64,000 nucleotides of DNA from an uncultured virus (IMG/VR IMGVR_UViG_3300025015_000025) (Duplodnaviria; Heunggongvirae; Uroviricota; Caudoviricetes), in the IMG/VR virus record IMGVR_UViG_3300025015_000025, positions 1 through 64,000 of that record. One strand, given 5' to 3'. Below the pieces are notes generated by a model, which worked only from the letters and a program-made list of their open reading frames with translations, was not told the DNA's origin and made no database searches. Made by a program: the position numbers and the translations under genes. This document shows, one piece after another, positions 57,770-64,000 of this stretch. Every line of letters begins with the position of its first letter. The first letter of the stretch is position 1.

Positions 57770-58264
57770 ATGGGACGCTTTCGGGGGACGATTCCCGCCA
57801 AACTGGCCGCATCAAGTACGGACAGGGAGTTTTTCAGCCATGTCGTGATGGACGCATGGAAGACGTTCTTTAAGAAAATTGAAATCTGGAAGTGGAAGAA
57901 TACCCCTGATGAGGCGAGTAAAATCTACTTGGAGTCTCCTGACCGCATATTGTATAGCGCCTATTCCGTGGAAGGGTATGTAGACGATAAACCCGGTTGG
58001 GATCCGAACTTGACCAAGGCCGGAATGGACTCCACGCGGGAGTTGAAGTGCCATTTCAGCGTGGACATGTTGCGCGAGATGAACGTGGAATGGCCGTTGA
58101 TCGGGGACCTACTGGTCATTGACGATCAGTACTACGAAATCAAAGACACGGACCCCATGGACAACTTCGCCAACCAGGAATACCAACTCATCTACTCCGT
58201 CTTCATGCGGCTCTATCACCATGACAAGGTCAATCCCCCCCGCCGGGGTCGGAGCGTCCGATGA
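57770..58264 (+). CDS. head completion/neck protein (gp14-like)
   Basis: IYLES, LTKAGMD..REL, PLIGDLL..D..YYEI. Confidence 0.7.
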   Translation: MGRFRGTIPAKLAASSTDREFFSHVVMDAWKTFFKKIEIWKWKNTPDEASKIYLESPDRILYSAYSVEGYVDDKPGWDPNLTKAGMDSTRELKCHFSVDMLREMNVEWPLIGDLLVIDDQYYEIKDTDPMDNFANQEYQLIYSVFMRLYHHDKVNPPRRGRSVR

Positions 58265-58809
58265 CTCTACGGGTGCGGTCCACGGTGGCCACCACGAATC
58301 CAGTGACCGTCCACCTCAATGTCTTCAAGAAGAAAGGCATGGTGCTGTCCCGAATCGTGGCCATGAAGATTGCGCAGGCGCAGGCTGAGGAGGTCAAGAG
58401 CGTCATCGACACGCAATTGTACCGGTGGAAGCCCTTATCCCCGAAGTATCTCCAGTTCAAGGAACGCAACCGGTTGGATCTTCGGAAGCTGATCGCGGGA
58501 GGGGATTACGTCAGAAGTATTTCCGCCCGGTGGACGACCAAAGATCGCATTGTCGTCGGTCCCCTGCGTCGGCGGCACCAGAATCCCCTCACGGGCCGGT
58601 ATGACGGCCCCATGTTGCCCAAGATCGCCCGATGGATGGAGTTTGGCGTTCCGTCCCGCAATATCCCAGCACGTCAAAGCTGGCGGCCCGTGGCGGCGAA
58701 GATCAAACGCGAGATGGCTAAGACCTTCCGTCGATTTCAAAAGGACGTGCTAAAGCCGATCCGGGACGACGTGCGCAAGGGCGTCAAGTACAAGAGGAAG
58801 AACTCATGA
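58261..58809 (+). CDS. tail completion / virion morphogenesis protein
   Basis: WKPLSPKY, LIA.G.Y..SI, WMEFG...IPAR..WRP. Confidence 0.7.
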   Translation: MTLRVRSTVATTNPVTVHLNVFKKKGMVLSRIVAMKIAQAQAEEVKSVIDTQLYRWKPLSPKYLQFKERNRLDLRKLIAGGDYVRSISARWTTKDRIVVGPLRRRHQNPLTGRYDGPMLPKIARWMEFGVPSRNIPARQSWRPVAAKIKREMAKTFRRFQKDVLKPIRDDVRKGVKYKRKNS

Positions 58810-59504
58810 GCCCCCAAGTGAACGTAGTTCCTAATCCGATAGGGTCCGTGGATGCTCTATTGCAGACGTATTTCACGCTGACCCTACCCTCAGCGAAGGT
58901 GACCGTCGTCCCCGTCATGGTCGTTCCAAGGCCAGAATTGGCGTATCAAAAGGACGTGGACCCGCAAAATAGCTTTCTGCTCCCGGATAATGAGGCCGAC
59001 CGGTTGCGGTTCCCGTCGCTGACCTTGCAAAAGTCCTTTGGATTTGACCTTTCTGAGGGGGAGAGCAACGCGCTATTACGTGATTTGGAACTGTCCCGTG
59101 ATGGGAACCTGATGAAGGTGGTCCAGATTCCCCGGTGGATACGAGTCCCATACCAGATGGACTTTGAAGCCAAGTGGCACAGGGACATCAATGAATTTAT
59201 CGTGCTCTTCAATCAGAAGTTCCCACGAAAGGTCATATCGTCATCCATTGAACTTCCGGACCATCCGGGCCGGTGGCGAGTTGACATTATTTGGGAGCCT
59301 CCCTTGGTGGACAACTCTGATTTAGAGGGCTTGGAGCAGGAGCGCCGTCTGCGCCTGACTGCATCGTTGCAGGTGGAGATGCCGTTACAGTTTACACCGG
59401 AATGGGCGCGCACCGTCCGCAAGGTGCTTGTCGATGCGTACGTTCAACAACCTGGCGACGCCGAGCCTACCTTGGTCGCCGAGATCGTTCTCCAGGAGGG
59501 TTGA
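58806..59504 (+). CDS. tail terminator (gp15-like)
   Basis: FPSLTL, P....VPYQMDF, VDNSDLE; position before the sheath. Confidence 0.6.
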   Translation: MSPQVNVVPNPIGSVDALLQTYFTLTLPSAKVTVVPVMVVPRPELAYQKDVDPQNSFLLPDNEADRLRFPSLTLQKSFGFDLSEGESNALLRDLELSRDGNLMKVVQIPRWIRVPYQMDFEAKWHRDINEFIVLFNQKFPRKVISSSIELPDHPGRWRVDIIWEPPLVDNSDLEGLEQERRLRLTASLQVEMPLQFTPEWARTVRKVLVDAYVQQPGDAEPTLVAEIVLQEG

Positions 59505-59585
59505 GCCTTGCGCTGGGGCCGAATCTTCCAAACCCGAGGGTGTCAGAACAGAGAACCAGACTGCCGAACTATGGCATGAGGAGTC

Positions 59586-59840
59586 ATGATGAAGATCGTC
59601 CTGAATCGTTTGAACCAGGCAATGAGCGTCGTGTTGCGCGGGGGACAAGTCCTCCGCCTCAAGGCGTATGGTCGGAGCGATCCTATTCCCAACGAGGAAT
59701 TTGTGCCGGAGTCGTACAAGAACGTCGCCAACAAGCGCATTCTCATTCAGGACGTTCCCGACGTTCCCGGAACCGCTCCCGCCGAGGACTCCCCCAAACC
59801 GGCCGCGTTTAACCGCGCGGGCCGCCGCGCCGGACGTTAA
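59586..59840 (+). CDS. hypothetical protein
   Basis: RBS GAGGAG; upstream of the sheath. Confidence 0.55.
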   Translation: MMKIVLNRLNQAMSVVLRGGQVLRLKAYGRSDPIPNEEFVPESYKNVANKRILIQDVPDVPGTAPAEDSPKPAAFNRAGRRAGR

Positions 59841-59849
59841 GGAGACCCC

Positions 59850-61988
59850 ATGTCTGTACATGTCAGCCCTGGAATTTACACCACAGAACGGGATCTCTCG
59901 GCCTATGTGGCCAATCTGTCCACGTGCATCTTCGGCGTCGCCGGGGAGTTTGAAAAGGGGCGTACGGACAAAATCACGGACATCACCAACGTTCTGGATT
60001 TAGCGTTAGAGTTTGGCAATGTGAATCCTAATTATCTGGCCACCTACGCCGTCATTGCGTACCTGCGGAACGGGAAAAACGCCAAAGTGCTACGCACCAC
60101 CGGAGCTGCCGCCGATGAAGCACGGATTATTGTGACGGCTGGAGCCACGCCTGGATCGCATACCGGCACCGTGGCGGGGCCGTTTACGCTCGTGGCGCAC
60201 GTGGACGCGCAGGCCGCGACGTTCACGGGGATCGAGGCGGAGAACTTCAACATCTCCACCGGCGTGAATGACAAGTTCCTGGTGGCCATTGTTCCAGATC
60301 CCGGCGCGTCGCCCTATACGGTCACGTTGACCGCTGGCAGTCGAACGGCCGCGCAAATCTGCGGTGAATTGAACGCTGGATCCGCTGGACTAACGTTTGC
60401 TCCCGATGGAGGCAAGATCAAGGTTACACACAATACTACGGGCGCGGCCGCCACGTTCACGGTTACCGCCGTCGCCAACGATTGCTATACCACGTTGGGA
60501 TTTACAGCAGCCGTCGGCGTGGCAAAGGCGGGCGCGGATGTCATCGCGGGGACGGATTACATCAAGTTGGTCATTGACACGGGTCACACAATCACTGGTT
60601 ACCTCGGCGGCGGGACGCTGACGGCGTCGCAGGTTGCTACCGCTATCAACGCTCTGACGGATTTCAGCCTGTGGGGCCTGGCGGAAGTTGTCAACAACAA
60701 GATTAAGATTTCCTCCTTGACTACAGGTGCGGCCTCTAACCTCACCATGCATGCCGATTCCCTTTGCGAAACCGCGTTAGGATGGGATAATGTCACGTAC
60801 ACCGGCGTGGCCTCCGGCGGAACGGCGTTTACCGCGTACGCCTATTCCAAAGGCGTCTGGGCCAACGGGTTCCAGGTCGTCACGTCTGCGGGCAGTATTT
60901 CCAGCACATTCAAGTTAACTGTCAAGGATACAGGCGGGAATTCCCTTTACGTCGCGGACGTGCTGGACATGGACCCCACATCCCCGTATTTCATCATGAA
61001 AAAGATCTCCTCGCATTACATTGAGATCGACATGACGGGATCCACGTTGACAACTCCTACGTTGGGGACCTTCACCCTGGCCGCCGGTGTGGATGCAGCG
61101 GCCTTGGACGCGGATTTCGTCGCGTCCCTCCAGGCGTTCACTAATGTGGACCGCGTGGATGTCAATCTTCTGGCTGTCCCCGGCGAGTACGCCCATGCCG
61201 TCGTCACGGAACTGCTGACCATCGCGGAGACACGGGGTGACTGCCTGGCCCTGATTGATCCTCCCATCGGCTTTGACGTGTCGGAAGTGATCGACTGGCA
61301 CAACGGCTGGTTGGCCCCCAACAGTTCGCATGTCGCCTATGACTCGTCCTACGGCGCGCTATTCTGGCCGTGGTTGAAGGTCCAGGACTACACGAACAAG
61401 CAGGAAGTGTGGGTTCCGCCGTCCGGCTTCGTCGCGGGAGCCATCGCCTACACCGACTTCAACGCCGAGGTCTGGCAGGCTCCCGCCGGTCCCGTCTACG
61501 GTCGTCTCATCAACGTGATGGAACTGGAATTCGAGGCGGATCAGGGGGACCGGGATCTCCTGTATGGGAACGGCAACGCGGTCAATCCCATCATCGCTCC
61601 CCCGCGTCATGGCGTAACCATCTTCGGTCAGCGGACGCTCCAACGCGCCCCGACGGCCATGGATCGGATCAACGTCCGCCGGTTGCTCCTGTACCTCCGC
61701 AAGACGATTGCTGCATCTTCCTACCTGCTGTTGTTCCAATTGGACGATGCCGTGACCTGGCGGCGGTTCAAGGGGTTGGTGGAACCGTTCCTGGAGGGCG
61801 TCAAGAACCGCCGGGGGTTGAATAGCTACGCCGTCAAGTGTGACGCGGCCACCAATCCCCCGGACGCCATTGCCCGGAATGAAATGCACGGGGTCATTAT
61901 CTTGGACCCCACGCGCGTGGCGGAAATCATCCAGATCGACTTCGTGGTCACGCCCTCCGGCGCGGACCTGAACGAGTTCACTATCTAA
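59850..61988 (+). CDS. tail sheath protein
   Basis: SPGIYTTERDLS, VPPSGFVAG, W.APAG, NAVNPI, FGQRTL, DRINVRRL. Confidence 0.95.
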   Translation: MSVHVSPGIYTTERDLSAYVANLSTCIFGVAGEFEKGRTDKITDITNVLDLALEFGNVNPNYLATYAVIAYLRNGKNAKVLRTTGAAADEARIIVTAGATPGSHTGTVAGPFTLVAHVDAQAATFTGIEAENFNISTGVNDKFLVAIVPDPGASPYTVTLTAGSRTAAQICGELNAGSAGLTFAPDGGKIKVTHNTTGAAATFTVTAVANDCYTTLGFTAAVGVAKAGADVIAGTDYIKLVIDTGHTITGYLGGGTLTASQVATAINALTDFSLWGLAEVVNNKIKISSLTTGAASNLTMHADSLCETALGWDNVTYTGVASGGTAFTAYAYSKGVWANGFQVVTSAGSISSTFKLTVKDTGGNSLYVADVLDMDPTSPYFIMKKISSHYIEIDMTGSTLTTPTLGTFTLAAGVDAAALDADFVASLQAFTNVDRVDVNLLAVPGEYAHAVVTELLTIAETRGDCLALIDPPIGFDVSEVIDWHNGWLAPNSSHVAYDSSYGALFWPWLKVQDYTNKQEVWVPPSGFVAGAIAYTDFNAEVWQAPAGPVYGRLINVMELEFEADQGDRDLLYGNGNAVNPIIAPPRHGVTIFGQRTLQRAPTAMDRINVRRLLLYLRKTIAASSYLLLFQLDDAVTWRRFKGLVEPFLEGVKNRRGLNSYAVKCDAATNPPDAIARNEMHGVIILDPTRVAEIIQIDFVVTPSGADLNEFTI

Positions 61989-62015
61989 TGGCCTTCATGA
62001 ACCCCCTCTCCGTCG

Positions 62016-62055
62016 AGACCCTCTCCCCCGGCAACCGGGGGGGAGTGGTCTTTTT
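62016..62055 (+). terminator. strong hairpin with T-tract between sheath and tube genes
   Basis: AGACC-CTCTCCCCCGG-CAA-CCGGGGGGGAG-TGGTC-TTTTT. Confidence 0.6.
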
Positions 62056-62081
62056 CTGAGGGGACAATAAAGGAGTCACTC

Positions 62082-62585
62082 ATGTCAAGAATGGACGCGG
62101 GGCACTTGGTTTCCGGCGGGAAGTTTGAACCGCAGCGCTCGGGGCATTTCGAGTTGGAGTTCGACGGCTTTCCGGGAGGGGACACGCTCAAGCTGATGGT
62201 CAAGAGCGCCTTCACTCCCTCGGAGTCCAATGAAGTCATGTCCATGCCGTACATGAACACCTTCTCCAAGTACCCCGGCATGGTGACGATTGAGGAGGGG
62301 GAGATCGTTATCCGGGACTTCGTGGACCAGGACTCCTTTGACAAGGTGATCCAGTGGCGGAAATCGGTATACGATCCCGAGACGGGCGCAATTAAGTCCA
62401 ATGACCAGTATAAGAAAAACGGCTATCTGTTGCTCGTGTCCAGTGACGGCAGCATAGAGCGCAAGTTCAAGCTCATCAACGCCTGGCCGTCTGCTATAGG
62501 CTCCGTGGCACTGGAACACGGAAGCGCTGAGGAAATCGGCATCCCCGTCACCATCGCCTTCGACAAGTTCATCAAGGAGGCATAA
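62082..62585 (+). CDS. tail tube protein (gp19-like)
   Basis: FEPQR, IQWR..VYDP.TG, YKK, L.NAWPS. Confidence 0.85.
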   Translation: MSRMDAGHLVSGGKFEPQRSGHFELEFDGFPGGDTLKLMVKSAFTPSESNEVMSMPYMNTFSKYPGMVTIEEGEIVIRDFVDQDSFDKVIQWRKSVYDPETGAIKSNDQYKKNGYLLLVSSDGSIERKFKLINAWPSAIGSVALEHGSAEEIGIPVTIAFDKFIKEA

Positions 62586-62679
62586 TCCCCACCGTAGAGA
62601 CATTGTTTCTTCCCACGCTTACTTCCGACAACCGACGATAGAGACCCGACGGAGAGAAAAATAACTGAAGGAGAACACC

Positions 62680-63630
62680 ATGTCGGAAGTGAAAATTGTA
62701 ACCCCCTCGCTCAACAAGGAAACCAGCCGGTTCGGCCCCACGGAGATCCGCCTCCCCTCTGCGGGATTGTTTTACGGGGGGCAGCCTCCGGACGGCATCG
62801 TAACCGTCACTCCCATGAAAACCCGGCATGAGCGCCTTCTGGCGTCGGTCACGAACGATACCATGTTCAAGACAATGCTCCAGATTTTCAGCGAATGCAC
62901 GGATCTCCCGTTCCCGCCGAACGAGCTGCTCCTGATGGATGTCATGTACCTGATGGTGGTCCTGCGGTCCATCAGTCTGGGGCACGACATTGAGCAGACT
63001 ATGATCTGCCCCCGGTGTGAGAGCAAGTACACGCATTACATGCGGTGGCCCGACGACCTGGACACGCTGGTGGCCACGGAAGAGGACAAGCCGCCGTTTT
63101 ACACCGTGCTCCCCGTGTGCGGCAAGAAATTCGGGTGGCGCTACCTGTTCGGTAAGGATGAGCCGGAGATCACCAAGCGCGTGCGCAAGATCATGGAGGA
63201 CGCGGCCCAGGAACGGGACCCTGAGGCGCGCAAGAAAGCCCTGGAGGACCTCAAGAACATCATCATGGTCGTGCGTATGGCGCAGGCCGTGGTCAGCATC
63301 GACGGCGAGGACATGAGCGCCAATTTCTCCATGCGCCGAAAGATCGAGGTTCTGGACGACCTCGTGATGTACGACGCGCAGTTCCTCGAAACCGCCATGC
63401 GGGACAAGCAATTCGGGTTTGTGATGGAAACCGTAGCCGTGTGCCCCGAATGCGGGCATGAGACCCGGCAGGACGTGCAGCCGTCCGCGGAGTTTTTTCG
63501 GCCCAAGATCAACGTGGGAGGATATTCTCGAACAGGAATTCCTCCTGAAAATGGGGGGAAAGCTACAACTGACGGAAATCGAGGAGATGACCATCGCCCA
63601 GCGCCAGTGGTGGATGGCCAGGCTGGATAA
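62680..63630 (+). CDS. baseplate hub / tail assembly chaperone (gp26-like)
   Basis: LPSAGLFY, PMKTRHE, LR.ISLG, CPRC...CPEC, EFFRP. Confidence 0.75.
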   Translation: MSEVKIVTPSLNKETSRFGPTEIRLPSAGLFYGGQPPDGIVTVTPMKTRHERLLASVTNDTMFKTMLQIFSECTDLPFPPNELLLMDVMYLMVVLRSISLGHDIEQTMICPRCESKYTHYMRWPDDLDTLVATEEDKPPFYTVLPVCGKKFGWRYLFGKDEPEITKRVRKIMEDAAQERDPEARKKALEDLKNIIMVVRMAQAVVSIDGEDMSANFSMRRKIEVLDDLVMYDAQFLETAMRDKQFGFVMETVAVCPECGHETRQDVQPSAEFFRPKINVGGYSRTGIPPENGGKATTDGNRGDDHRPAPVVDGQAG

Positions 63631-63670
63631 GTACGCGGATGAGGTCGCGCACATGACGAAAGGGAAATAA
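63493..63670 (+). CDS. overlapping chaperone extension (GT/gp51-like), probably reached by frameshift
   Basis: Alternate frame reads EQEFLL..G.....EIEEMTIAQRQWW..RL and ends coupled to the tape measure start. Confidence 0.6.
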
Positions 63671-64000
63671 TGGCCGCCGACACTGAACTGCTCGCCATGC
63701 AATACGTGTATTCGTTGAAGGACGATATGACCCGTCCTTTGAAGAATATCGGCGACCGTTGGGAGCGGTTCAAGAAGCGGATCGTGTCGGCGGAAAAGGC
63801 CTCATCCACATCCGTTGGCGTCACCGAGAACACCATTAAGAAGTGGGGGGACGCCTTCAAGCAGTTCGCCAAGAAGGAGCAGGCGGACGAGGTAGCCGGG
63901 CGGTTGAATGTGCTGATCCGGAACATGGAGAAAATCGGGAAGGAGCAAGGGGAGACGGCCATGATCCGCACGGGGCGTCGATGGATTGACGCCCTGATGC
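63670..64000 (+). CDS. tape measure protein, N-terminal part (runs off the window)
   Basis: TAATG coupling; helical LKDDMTRPLK N-terminus; position after the chaperone. Confidence 0.65.
   Translation, partial: MAADTELLAMQYVYSLKDDMTRPLKNIGDRWERFKKRIVSAEKASSTSVGVTENTIKKWGDAFKQFAKKEQADEVAGRLNVLIRNMEKIGKEQGETAMIRTGRRWIDALM

Noticed and set aside
1..64000. Numerous long minus-strand ORFs (e.g. 52001-53065, 62572-63702, 22825-23769)
   Set aside because: They are antisense shadows of GC-rich + strand genes, with no recognisable motifs or RBS
1..64000. tRNA genes, CRISPR arrays, DGR template/variable repeats
   Set aside because: No T-loop/cloverleaf, regularly spaced repeat or reverse transcriptase was seen by eye; a tRNAscan or CRISPR search would be needed to exclude them fully

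Overview
A 64-kb segment of a large, GC-rich, contractile-tailed (T4-superfamily-like) bacteriophage genome. Essentially all genes are on the + strand. Layout: (1) recombination module at 0.3-7.7 kb (UvsY-like, gp32-like SSB, Mre11/Rad50-like gp47/gp46, Holliday junction resolvase, NYN protein, TerS-like HTH). (2) A ~25-kb accessory region of small ORFs driven by near-consensus TTGACAAA-type sigma70 promoters, three of them apparently leaderless; it includes a sigma-like factor, two DNA methyltransferases, a nucleotidyltransferase, an NDT-like protein, MmcB, an HslV-like protein, a DHH protein, an SLT lysin and a Mor-like activator. (3) QueE-like radical SAM gene with an intein, GroES, terminase and portal. 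(4) Head, fibre, neck and tail genes up to the start of the tape measure. The most striking observation comes from aligning ORFs within the window. The accessory region carries degenerate copies of the phage's own virion proteins: a prohead protease paralogue without its catalytic motifs, followed by a capsid-motif mini-protein; a sheath C-terminal fragment fused to a YcgL-like domain; and a full divergent capsid paralogue. These may act as early-expressed decoys or assembly inhibitors (inference). Also notable: two paralogous fibre-like proteins with signal-peptide-like N-termini, a candidate late-promoter motif (TGTCAGA), and many chimeric or internally deleted genes. All family assignments are motif recognition by eye; no searches were run.
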